Source: Felis catus (taxonomy: Eukaryota). Taken from it: DNA of 64,000 bases. Where the stretch lies: contig NC_058382.1 of assembly GCF_018350175.1 (NCBI RefSeq), positions 55,926,001 through 55,990,000 of the forward strand, read 5' to 3'. This document shows, piece by piece, positions 51,571-62,959 of the stretch (the stretch's first letter is position 1; every line of letters begins with the position of its first letter). Made by a program: the position numbers and the translations under genes. The notes under the pieces were generated by a model. That model was not told the origin of the DNA, ran no database searches, and was given only the letters and a program-made list of their open reading frames with translations.

Positions 51571-52294
51571 AGTCTGTTTGTAAACAATGAGAAAATGGCC
51601 TTTGCTCCACCCAGATCCCAGCTGTTAGCTTCTGCCCCCTCTTCTTCGATGGCCCTGCACTGAGGGGGTGGGCGCCCATTTACGGCAGTGCGTAATTTCT
51701 TCTTTGGGAAGTCAGCTGCAGAGAGTGCTGTCGGTGCTCCCCCGACACAGTGTAGTCCCGACCAGCACCAGTGGCCTCAGAAATTCCCGAGCATCCATGT
51801 TATAGATTGTCTGCATTCAGCGTCACTTTTATGGGTTTCCAATTTCTATTTTCAAGACATTTCATTTTTCTTCTTTCTTTTTCGCCCCAGCCCCTCCTTC
51901 ACAGCAGCACCAAATAAATAACCCATCACACTACCACAGCTATAAAAAAAGCTTTGAAAAGGCGGGCAGTGTGGCCTCAATGTTCCTAAACTCTAAAACT
52001 GCAAGTCATAGACCAATAAAACGGTGGAGGTAGGGGTGGCCTGGGAGCTCTTAGCCCCCTGGAAGCAGCCTTCAGGCCACAGCAGGCTGTGGGGGCCACA
52101 ACGCCTCTGGCGTGATTTGAACACGTAGATTGGGGCATCTGTCTTGCTCAGTGTGAGTTTGAATTATAGATGTTGCTGAATGAAACATCAGGGCTGTGTC
52201 CACGAGGACTGCTCTGGCGCTCTCCTCTGCTAATTTTCAGACAGTATTGTTCAATTTTATCTAAGCATTACTTTAACATTTTGGGTAGGTGCTC

Positions 52295-52480
52295 TATTCG
52301 TTCATTCATTCATTCATTCATTCATTCATTTATTCCTTCTTTTATTCATTCATTCCACACTGATAGTGACTACAAGAGTGTCTAAGGCCCATTCTTTATT
52401 CCCAAAGATCTGAAAATCTGACTTAGGGAGGCAGACAAGCAACTCAGTAACCAAAGTGCCTTACAGTTGGTGCTGTCCCA
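52295..52480 (-). mobile_element. L2 3' end with (TTCA)n
   Basis: (ttca)n run followed by 'tagggaggcagacaag'. Confidence 0.55.
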
Positions 52481-52599
52481 TAGTGGGGCCTGAGTAGAAT
52501 TACTTAGAAACAAGTACTGCAGAGTCAGTCATGCCTGGGTTCCTCATCCTGGCCTGATGGATCCAGGAAGGTATGCCAGAGGAGGAAGCAGGGCTCAGC

Positions 52600-52795
52600 T
52601 TTCAGATAGCCCTAGCTCTTTAGTCTCTGCTTTGTATTAAGTTGACTGAATTTATTTAACCTCCTTGAGCCTCAGTTTGCTGATCTGCTAAATGGTTAGG
52701 GTAATATCTACATCATGGATTGCACAAAAGAAATGAGATTGTGCCACAACTGTGCTCAGCAGTGTTTATAGCGTACGGTAGCAACTTAATTAACG
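52600..52795 (+). mobile_element. MIR SINE
   Basis: 'ttatttaacctccttgagcctcagtttgctgatctgctaaatgg'. Confidence 0.7.
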
Positions 52796-53929
52796 CTTAT
52801 TAATTTTAGCAATTAAAAAAAGCACAGGATATTGGGAGATGCCCAATATGAACTGGGAAGTCACATAAAGATTTGCTGGATGAGGTGATGCTTGCTGGAT
52901 CATGAGGAAAGTGAATGACAGTGCATTGCTGGCCAGACAGGCAAATAAATGGTTTCTTTTTTTTATTCTCGTGGACACCATTGAGACCCACCATATACCT
53001 GTGTCAAAACCTGCAATTTATCAGAAATAAAGCTGGGGATAGTAACAATCTTGCTGGCCACAAAGGCAGTAGGACCCAGGCAAATAAGCCTCTTCCTGGC
53101 CATTATTTCATGATGGGTTGTCAAGTATGTATCAGCCCCAGGGAGGGCAACTGTATTTCTGGGGGTCCCAACAAGCAGGTGAGATATCCAGTGTGTTTTT
53201 ATTTTAGATTTGATTTTCTCCCTCCTTCTCTCCAGCAAGGGGATGTTCAGAGATGTAACAATTAGAATTCAATATGCTAATACAATGTCTCATTAGCAGA
53301 GCCATACAATCGCCTCTAGTGGTACATGTGTGAAGCAATGTGAATTCCCAGAAATTAGCTCTGCTTCCTGCTGTCCCCATCTGAATCTTTCTTCAACTAC
53401 TTTGTGATCGTGAAGAGTCAGGCTCATTTTAGCAGTGGGAATTTCACTGGGCTGGTGATCCCCAAACTCATTCAAAATATTAATACATTTTCCTCTCCCT
53501 TAATTTTTTTTTGGGGGGGGTTGGTAGGGACATATTTCATGACACATGCCTGCTTCTTCCTTGCAAATATTTCATTCAAACTTAGTCTTCAAGTGTTCAA
53601 ATTTTAAAGACTTTAAAAAAATCAGTCATAGTCTAAGAGGATTAAGAGGCTCTGTTTATGTCAGCCTTACATAATTCTGGAAAGAAGATATACTTGCTTG
53701 TGCTTTTCATTTTGTTTATGATTCTGCAAGGTACCATCCTTTCTCTGCCAAGTGAATTCTGCCTGCATTAGGAAGGTGTAGATGCTTTTCAACAGATTTT
53801 GTTCATCTGGTGTATTATTTAATGGATTCAATGGTATTTTCCTTTGTTGGCTGCAGCTTTAAATACAGATCAGGTGTCTAGCTCATACTCATGTTATCTT
53901 TCCTCTTTCCTTACCTCTTTTTTCTCCCA

Positions 53930-54340
53930 CCCTTCTTTACCTTTCTCTCTCCCCATCCTTTCTTATTTCTCTCCCTCCCTCCTTCCATCCACAAACGTTT
54001 ATCCAACACTATTATATACCAGGCCCCTTTTGAAGGACTGGAGACAGACTGGTAAACAAGGCAGGTGTAATTCCTTGTAACATGATGGGGAAGACCGGCG
54101 ATAAACAGTTAACTAGGTAAGATCAATTCCCACTAAGTGTTGTGAATAAACAGAGAGATGTGATGGGAAGTAACTTGGAGGCAGCTGTGTGGTCATGGAA
54201 GGCTAGGAAGGAGCCAGCCGGTAAGCCCTGGAGCAGAAAGGAACCTGTGACTGCCCGGTAGTTAACAAGGAGAAGGAGCGGGGAGGAGATGGAGTGCTGT
54301 ATGGGAGTCAGATCATGCAATGTCGTGGTTGGGATTTACA
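53930..54340 (-). mobile_element. L2 fragment
   Basis: Pyrimidine tail, then 'acaaacgtttat...accaggccc...ggtaaacaaggcag...ggaaggagccagcc'. Confidence 0.55.
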
Positions 54341-54944
54341 GTTGGAGATAATGCTTGATCTTCCATGAATTAGGTACATGAGCGGACCGCATTTTCCAAA
54401 TCAAATCTTCCTGTGTTTTGTCTATTGCACCTCCACCTCCTTTCCAAAGTTAGAAAATTTGCAGTTGGTTTGATGTTTAGTGAGTCTCCTTTTATCAGAA
54501 GGAAAAGATGCTTAATTCAGAGAGTGTAGCAGTAACCTCAGATGGGAGGACTGGAGTGTGTACCATCCGCTGTTCAGCAGGAAAATAGCTCTGGTCACAG
54601 GCAGTTGCTTTGCTTCCTAAAGCATAAACTTGGAGGTGCAATAATTTAGTCAAGTAGTTGATTTAGTTGTATCCAGCTTAACTAATTAACACCAATTCCG
54701 TGCTTGATTTTTTTTTCCCCATTAACTGAACAAAAGCAATCTCTAATGAGGTGTGCATATGGGGCCAGCTGACTTACTTTGTCGTAGGGAATAGGTGGGT
54801 GTGGAGATGATATTCAACATTTTTAACAACTAGTACAAATAGGCACTGACCAATCACAGTGAGTAGTGGTGTATGGGTACCCCCAGGCTACTTGGGAGAG
54901 CAAGGAGTAAGATGTCCTCCAAACACGTAGGGATGACAGGAGCA

Positions 54945-55375
54945 CATTTTGTCCCTCCCAACAGTCCTGAAAGTCTTAACTCCTTCCAGCGTCCACTCAG
55001 AAGTCTGGAGTCCAAAGTCTCTTTGACATACCATCCGAATCAGTTACGGGTGAGACTCAAGATATGATTCATTTTGAGGCAAATTCTTCTCCAGCTGTGA
55101 GCCTGTGAAATCAAATTATATGACCCAAAATACAGTGATGGCACAGGTATAGGATAGACATCTCCCCTTCAAAAGGGAGACGTAGGAAAGAAGGAAGGGG
55201 TGACTGGTTTCAAGCAAGACCAAAATCCAAAGGGGCCAATTCCTTTATACCTCCTGGTTTGAAATAATCTTCTTTGATGAGATGCTGTGCCCTCCAGGCC
55301 CTCTGGGGTGGAGGTCCCACCTTCCAGACACACCTGGCAGGGTCCTGCCTGCAAGGCTCTGGGTGGCCCCACTCC
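54945..55375 (-). mobile_element. MaLR internal sequence (MLT1-int-like) fragment
   Basis: 'aaagtcttaact..ttccagc...ggtgagactcaag.tatgattcat..tgaggcaaattc.tctccagctgtgagcctgtgaaa...ataggatagacat'. Confidence 0.75.
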
Positions 55376-55664
55376 AGTATGTCTGGAAGGCAAGGGGTGG
55401 CCACCTTGCTATTTGTTGTTTAGGAAGAAGAGGTAGAACTAACGGGCGGAAAATCATAGGCAGACAGATTGCAGGTCAACAAAGAAAGGTGTAACACATA
55501 GGTCTTCCCAAGAAAGGAATGGGTTTGAGAGAACTAGAAGTGTTTTGTCACTAGAAAGGCTCCAGATAAGGCTGTGAGGTTGGATAACCTATAAGCGTTG
55601 CCCCAAAGTCAGCACTGTCTTCTGAGTCTCAGGGTAGACTGAAAAAGACTGCTTTTAAAAAAAG

Positions 55665-55870
55665 TTTGTATAGATATAAATATATTAACAATATTTAAAT
55701 ATATCTATAATATAAAAAAGTATATTTATATATAAACAAACATAAATATATACACAAACTTTAAATATATTTGACATATTGAATATTTTATATTTGTATA
55801 CATAATATTTATATGTTCATATAAATATATAAATGCCTATATATATATATATATATATATAAGTATATAC
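55665..55870. repeat. AT-rich low-complexity region with (TA)n
   Basis: Almost pure A/T, ending in a (ta)n run. Confidence 0.9.
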
Positions 55871-55971
55871 CTTTAAAATTAAACAATCCCATTCTAAGCG
55901 TGCATGAAAGAACAATTTGATTTGGTGTATCTTATAAATTGTCACCTGCTTTTTTTCTTAGTCCAACATTA

Positions 55972-56003
55972 AAACAAACAAACAAACAAACAAACAAACA
56001 AAC
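55972..56003. repeat. (AAAC)n microsatellite
   Basis: Seen directly. Confidence 0.95.
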
Positions 56004-56824
56004 CCAAGGCTGGTGCATAAATAAGGGTGAGGAAGAAGCTAGTCATCTAACCTCCTCCCGTCTAGTATCAGTGTTAGGGCATGTTGCAGCTGAGGGTCTG
56101 AGCAAGTCCCCTGCACCGCACTGTGTCCAAACATCCCTGGCAATTTCCACTTCCCTCTCCAAGTCTTCTAATAGGAATCGATGTGAAAGAGCAGCGTGTC
56201 AGTGATTGCAGTGTGGAGGTTCTAATTATGATCATCAAGGGCACACGGTTTACAAGATCTTTCAGCTTTATCACAGACTTCATTTTCTCTTGCCGTTTGA
56301 ACAGCCCCTGTCATCTCTTCCCAAAAGGATAGAATCTTAGGTCCCCAAATGATCTTGGATGCCCCCAATCCCACAGTTTTTAAACCATGTTTTACAGAGG
56401 TCTAGTATTGAGAGAGGCACTTGGGCCCTAAAATGGGCAAAGCACAGGAGCAACAGAGTGAGGAAAATAGCTGGGACCCCAGCCTTGATTGCCAACTTCA
56501 ACCAGGGTAATTTTGGTTTTATATATTCTAGACATTACAGTTCAAGAGGAGATTCCAAAAATGTCAAGGGCTCTACAAAGAGTTTAGAATTCCAATATAA
56601 ACCTACTTTCTCATTGTACAGACAAGGAAACTGAGGTTCAGAGACGTTGTGGGGGTTCTCCCCACGTCAGCCACTCTGTCGGTTGGTAAAGCCGGATTCG
56701 GATCCAGTAATACAGTCTCTGGCTATGGCTCCTTCCACCATTTGTTGCTGTTGGTGAGTGAGACACAGGAACGTACTCTCCGGTTCGGGCACTGAGAAAA
56801 TCCCCATGGCGATCGTGATGATAG

Positions 56825-57050
56825 ACAATGCTTATGAGTTCCTACTACATGGCCAGTGTCTCAAGGACATTGTCTTCTTTAATCCTCACAGTAGTGCTCT
56901 GTGTTAGGAATTTTTATCAATCCCATTTTACAGTTGGCGAAATGAAGTTCAAAGAAGTTCATCATCGCTCAGCTTCTAGGCAGCAGATGTTGGGTTTGAA
57001 CCCAGAGGCCTCAGCACGAACCATTTGGCTCTCCTGCCTTCCTACACTCA
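56825..57050 (-). mobile_element. MIR SINE
   Basis: 'tttaatcctcacag...tcccattttacagttggcgaaatgaagttcaaagaagtt...ggtttgaacccag'. Confidence 0.7.
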
Positions 57051-57599
57051 TACTTCTCATGGAGGACAGACACTATCAGATTATTTCACTGAAGCTTACC
57101 ATATTTATATATACATATATATATATATTTTACCAGCATAACACTCTCCGGCAACCTTTTCATTTTCGAATGTTCCACTTTTGTAATGTATGCCATTATG
57201 TAGTATGACCTTGATGGAGATAATAACCCTTCTTGTAGCAAAATGGTCAATCTTCATTAATTTTTAGTCATTAGTTGTAGGCTGGTATAATTTAGAGAAA
57301 CTCTAAATTATAGAATAAATTTTATTTTATTGCTTTTAAACACATACCTTAACAAAAAATGATGTAAGAATGCTCCCTTCTGGGACTCACTTCAGTGATT
57401 GTTATTAGCATTGATACTACTTATATGTAAATGAAAGGAAAGCTTAATATGAGCACTTTGCTTGTTCTTGTCCATTCTAACGAATCCTGCCCAATAACCT
57501 ATGAAAACAGCCTTATTATCTCTTGCCAGGCCTACTGTGATGGCCTCTAGGCTCATTGCCCTGATTCCCCCCAACAGATCTTCCCTGTGTAACTTTATT

Positions 57600-58010
57600 A
57601 ATGGCTACTGAAAAATTCAGTATTAAAGCACACTGTGTATCATGATCCACACCCAAACCTGCATCAGTGTTTAATTCATCTGCACCTTTTCCCATTCTTC
57701 CACGTAAAGCCCCGGCTACATGACTGGCTCCTTGGTCTCCCAGATTCTTAGCTGTTTCTGCAGGCTTGGCTGGGGTTATCCCCAGCAAGTACTCGCTCTT
57801 CCAAGTTTACTCCCCCTCGAGGAAGTCTTCCCGGGTTCCAGCATTTAACTATCATCAGTATGTCTTGTGAATTCCCCATGGCTTTGCTTCTCCTTGGGGG
57901 CTACCCTGACATTCAGCATCTTGCAGATTTCCTCTGCTATACTGTGAGCTCCCTGAGGGCAGCTGTCTGTACACTTCTGTACTTAGTAAATGCTTACAGA
58001 GTGAATAGGA
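57600..58010 (+). mobile_element. L2 3' fragment
   Basis: 'ctatactgtgagctccctgagggcag...acttagtaaatgcttacagagtgaat'. Confidence 0.5.
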
Positions 58011-58022
58011 TTGTGGGGAGGG

Positions 58023-58025
<3 letters not shown>

Positions 58026-58062
<37 letters not shown>
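58026..58062. repeat. (GT)n microsatellite
   Basis: Perfect run. Confidence 0.97.
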
Positions 58063-58065
<3 letters not shown>

Positions 58066-58109
58066 AGGAAGGCAAAAGATGCTTGGCAAGAAAAGGGAAT
58101 CAGGGGAGA

Positions 58110-58140
58110 GCTTAACCGACTGAGCCACCCAGGTACCTCC
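58110..58140 (-). mobile_element. Isolated Can-SINE 5' head (about 30 bp)
   Basis: gcttaaccgactgagccacccaggtacctcc is the reverse complement of the SINE start; no body or tail follows. Confidence 0.85.
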
Positions 58141-59049
58141 AAAATCATATTTTTTTAAAAAAGATTAAATATTAGAAGGCATAGGTTCAAATCTCACCAA
58201 GATCCTTACTAATTCAGTGACAATTAGCTAATGTCTTTAAGACTTCTGCAAAATGGGGGAAACCATAGTTTGTCTTTCACAGGGCTACTCAAGAATTAAG
58301 TGACATTTTATGTTTGAAGTGCCAAGGTGAGGGCCAGGGGGCATAATGCCTGCTCACTCCATGTTCCTGTGATAATTACTATTAGTGGCATTAGTATTCA
58401 AACCATATTGTTATTTTTTCCCCACCATTAGAAGCGTTTCCTCATTTCCGTGTCCAGGCTCGGAGCCCAGGGCTTGGAAGGATCAGGCGGTTGTCAGATT
58501 CGTTCAGGTCTTGTTGATTGAAAAGAAGACTGATCACAGAGTAAGTTAGGAAGTCGAACCTGTGGGAAGAATAATCCAGCATTCAAGTGATGTGTCCAGA
58601 GCAAGGAAACACCTCTCTAGCCTCTGGCCAACCTCAGCTCCTCATCCTGAGGGGCACATTCTGTCCAGCATCTTCCCGTCCAGATGACAGAGCCCCTGGT
58701 GGTCCCTCCTGGCATCTGACCCTAGTTGAGGAATTAAAGAAGGGATGGTCCTGGAATCTGTCATCGAACAAGGCACCTTGCAAGCCCCCTGCTTGTGGCA
58801 ACGGACAAAGAAAAACTGCCTTAATCTCATGCTTAGCTGGAAATGATTTTTAGTGGGTGGTGTTTGGACTCATTAAAACAGACTTGGCATATCCATAACT
58901 TGTATTACCCAGCAACAACGAATCCTTCAGAAATCTGAGCGGGCAACTAACGATTTTAAAACTATCAGTAGCCCTCCCCACTGCCCACACCCCCTGCCAA
59001 GTGGTTGAGATTCCAGGCTGGCTGGGTGTTTGCTTATTTACATAATTAA

Positions 59050-59235
59050 TCTTGTATGAAGTCTTTATATGTCCCTCCTCAGCCCTCTCTTTTCCAGGAT
59101 AAATAACCCCCAATTCCTCCATCCATAAGCCCCAATTTTACAACCTTTTAATCATTTTTGTGACTCCCTCCTGGATCTTCTTTGGGCCCTCTTTAAGCCT
59201 TATCTAAATTTAACAGACATACTACACAGGCAATT
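59050..59235 (-). mobile_element. L3/CR1 LINE relic
   Basis: 'cctcagccctctcttttccaggataaataacccc' is CR1-like. Peptide EELGVIYPGKERAEEGHI resembles CR1 'ELGLFSLEKRRLRGDLI'. Confidence 0.55.
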
Positions 59236-60688
59236 AGGAGAGCTGAATCCATTAGAACCTGGAACTGTCTTAGCGCCGGTTGGGATCTGACACTCCCTCT
59301 GTCTTTATAAGGGTCACACGGAGGAGTCTCATCACCTTTCCCCCTGACAAATGGGCTCGGGATAGGCTGCCGGTTTCAATGTCTCACAAGATGTTCTACC
59401 AAGGCCTGGAAAAGCCAGTTCCCATAAAGGCAGGAACTGAAAGGACATGCCTGAGCCCAGGAGGAAAGTCTTCCCCAGGAGGGTTTCACGCATGTGGTTT
59501 CAACGCATGGAGAGGGCAGGGGTCTACTGGTGGCTGGAGAGAGAGGGGTGAACAGCAACTTTGAACCCCAGGCTCCTGGGATACTGGAAGAGACCAGACA
59601 CTCTCTGAGAGCTTTTGCACTCCCCCCAGGCAGTCCTGCTGCTCTGTGTCCTGTGATCTTGAATCTGACCTTCCCTGGAAGGCCTCTTATCTGACTTCAG
59701 GCTGAGCCAAAGAACTGAGCCGCTGGCAGAGTGTGGAGAGGCTAACCCTTGTGTTTTCAACACCAAGTAGCAGCCAACTCATGGCTCAGCTACTAACAAA
59801 CAACCCATAAAAGGCGTCTGGTAGGGGACGTGAGCTAAGGAAGAGAGGGCATTTCTGGCGTTCTTGGATTGGAGATTTTTTTCTAGACGGGAATATTTTG
59901 AAAGCAGAAGAAAAAGGGAGACGGGCTGACTGAGATTGTAGCTTGCCATTTTGCAAAAACAAAAGCCCGTCATTGGCACTTCGTGAGGCACATCAGTGTC
60001 CTCTTGTGGTTCTAATCTCTTCTGCAGTGCATTTTCCCGCTTCCACAGCACGGCCTGATATTTCCCAGGGATTCATCTGACAGGGTGCCAGCAGCAGGAT
60101 GTATATTTGAGCAAGGATTAGCAAATATAGACATTCCTGTTTTGCTACCGTGCCAACAATTTCAAGGTGAAACACCCACCCATCCAGCAATCCAGCTGCT
60201 GATTTGGTGAGGGAGATTATTGTTCTGTGCACAAATCAAATGCAATCCTTTGGGGCTTTTCTTAGGCAGCATCCCACGTAGCTCTGGTCTGAAGATCAAT
60301 AAAGCAGAACGTACTTCTCATTACATGTTAATAATGTGCAAGCAGAAAGCGGAGCAGGGAGCGAGGCCTGACTTTGTTGTAAGAAGTGCAGAAGGGTGCT
60401 GACGCTGGCTGGGCAACTCACTGGCAGCCACACGGGACTTTGAGCCTGTGGGTCCTTTGCAACGTGAGGAACTTCCCGTGGTACTTGTGACATCTTTAGA
60501 AAAGCCATATCCCAGCTCAGAGGGCTTCATAATGCTAACAGGGTATTCACAGAGTGGGTTAATGACAATAACTGCGAGAACATGGCTGTTATACTTCAGA
60601 AATGCACGTAGCGAGGGCTCTAAGTTCCCAGTGCTGCCTGAGCCAGACCTTTAGGTGACTTTAGAGTTTAGACATAGCAGAAAGGGTT

Positions 60689-61128
60689 TGTATTAGTGTG
60701 TTAGAGCTCCTAGATTAAAGGATCACAAACTGGGTGGCTTAAGGTAACAGAAATTTATTGTTTCACAGTTCTGGAGATAACAGTCTGAAAACAGGATGTC
60801 AGCAAGTCTTTGCTCCCTCTGAAGTCTCTCGGGGAGAATCTGCCCCATGCCTCTCTCCTAGCTTCTGGCTTTGCTGGAAATCCTTGGCATTCCTGGACTT
60901 GTAGACGTCTCTTCAACCTCTTCCTCTATCATTACATAGAGTTTTCCTCTGTGTGTCTCTGTCTCCTCTTATGAGGACACTGGTCCTGGTGGGTTAGCTC
61001 TCCCCTCCCCCACAAATGACTTCTTCTTAACTTGAGGACATCCGCAGAGATCTATTTCCACATTCACAGGTCCTGGGGGCTAAGACTTCAGCACATCATT
61101 TTGGGGGAACGTAATTCAACCCTTAACA
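60689..61128 (-). mobile_element. MLT1C-like MaLR solo LTR
   Basis: 'tgtattag...cacaaactgggtggctta..aacagaaatttattg..tcacagttctggag...aattcaacccttaaca'. Confidence 0.85.
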
Positions 61129-61220
61129 CACATGGATACAGATGTTGTTGGTTCAGCCTCAGGTACAAGGATTTGAGAGGAGCCAGAAGCATCAAGAAAT
61201 AGGGAAGCTGCTTTTATGGG

Positions 61221-61661
61221 TGTATTAGTTTCCTCTGGCTGCTGTAACAGATTACCATAAACGCGGTGGCTTAAAACAACACACGTTTATTCTCTTACAC
61301 TTCTGGAGGCCAAAATCAGTTTCACTGGGCCAGAGTCAAGGTGTTGACAGGCTCAAGAGGAGAATACATTCCTTGACTCTCCCAGCTTCTGGTGGCTGTC
61401 GGGATTCCTTGATTTTTGCCACACCATTGCAATCTCTGTCTCTGTGGTCACGTGGCCTCTCTTCTTCTGTGTCAAATCTCCTCTGGCCTCCTCCTTATAA
61501 GAATATTTGTGATTGCATTTAGTGCCCACATAGATAATTCAGGATAATCTCATCACAAAATCATTAATTTAATCATCCCTACAAAGTTGTTGCCACCTGA
61601 GTTAACATTTACAGGTTCCAGGGATGATCTCTTTGGGGGCTGTTAATTCAGCCCAGTAGCA
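61221..61661 (-). mobile_element. MLT1D-like MaLR solo LTR
   Basis: 'tgtattagtttcct..ggctgctgtaaca...ataattcaggataatctc...ctttgggggc..ttaattcagcc'. 5-bp flanks atggg / taggg. Confidence 0.85.
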
Positions 61662-61794
61662 TAGGGACTTGCCATTTAGTGGGGGAGACAGCCAGGCATC
61701 AGATAATCCCCCCCAAATGCATGTGTAATGACTCAAGATGAGTTCCTTCCCTGAAAGAAAAACACAGGGCCTTGCAGATGTTGTCAAATGAGAC

Positions 61795-62130
61795 CTGACT
61801 TAGCCTATGTCCCCAGAGAAGCTATTTCAGTCAGATTTGTGTGTATGCTGTTTCTTCAGGAGGTGATCCCAGGGAACACTGGTGGGGGAATGGGGACGTG
61901 AGACAGGGATGAGAAGGCAGCCAACAAAGGGACTATTATCAAGTCGGCTAGCTACTCCTGTGGGCAATTGCAGCTGAGCCCACGAGAGACTCTGGGAGAC
62001 TGTGAGCACGTGTCACAGTTATCCCCACCAATGAGTGAACACTTGTCACCGCCTCCTCCTCTGCCATTGGTGGAGGGCAGCTCCTGCAGGTATCTCTAGT
62101 AAGCAGCCCCTGCGGGATAGAGGCGAGTGT
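61795..62130 (-). mobile_element. LTR33-like ERVL solo LTR
   Basis: 'ggaggtgatcccaggg...gtgagacaggga...gccaacaaaggg...ctgtgggcaa..gactctgggagac'. Confidence 0.75.
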
Positions 62131-62424
62131 TGAGGGGATTCACCCCTGGCAGCTTTGTTCTGGAAGGCTTCCCTGAACGTGTGACTTCCAGAAGTGCACC
62201 CGGAGTATCAGCAGGAGGTACCTAGAAATGGGGAAGAGAGGAAGGAGGCGGTGCTAAGAGAGGAAACAGAAAGTGCCAAAGCCCTGAGGTGGGCAGGGGA
62301 TGGTCTAGTTACTGATGTGAAAGGGGTTCAGATGGGACAGCCTCTCACCCTGGTGTGAGAGTTGGCAGGTATACCCTGGTGTGGCCGCATCCCGGGGGGT
62401 ATGGCTAGTTTTTGTTTTTAAATA

Positions 62425-62670
62425 CAGTAAAACCTTGGATTATGAGTAAGTTGTTCGGCAAGTGTTCTGCAAGACAGGCAAGCATTTCTAATAAATTTTA
62501 ACTTGATAAATGAATGGTGTCTTGCAGTATAAGTAGTATGGGATGCCAAACGTCACATGATCCCAACTGAGCCCATGGTTCTACAAGTTCACTTTGACAC
62601 ACAAGTGAATCACTTTGGATTACAAGCGTGTTTCTGGAATGAATTGTGCTCACAAACCAAGGTTTTACTG
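62425..62670. mobile_element. Intact Tigger/pogo-type MITE (246 bp)
   Basis: Perfect 14-bp TIRs cagtaaaaccttgg / ccaaggttttactg (20/22 when extended). TA on both flanks. Confidence 0.9.
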
Positions 62671-62959
62671 TATTTGGAGTACCTTCCAGGCTGTGGTCAA
62701 TGTCTCTTTTACTGGGGGACCGTGAAAAGTAAATCAGATATCACATGGGAACGCTGTTTGCAGTTTGTGAAGTCCTATGTGAAGGTTGTTGCTGGTTTGC
62801 TGCTGGGGAGGTTTCACGTCGAAATCTGATAAGATGGAAAGATTTGAGCCCTGGCTCCTACTCTCCAGGGTCCTGTGAGCAGAACACTCTTAAGCTGTTG
62901 TCATTAGCTTGTGATATAATTTTGGCCTGAGGCTTTCTGGGATAGATGGTGTGGAGAGA

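Noticed and set aside
51722..51740. REST/NRSF-like half sites (gtgctgtc + ggtgct)
   Set aside because: The spacing is shorter than the canonical RE1 site, and the text also resembles an LTR16-type 5' end.
53308..53326. Second CTCF-like motif (reverse strand CCACTAGAGGCG)
   Set aside because: It lacks one G of the GGC core register, so the match is weak.
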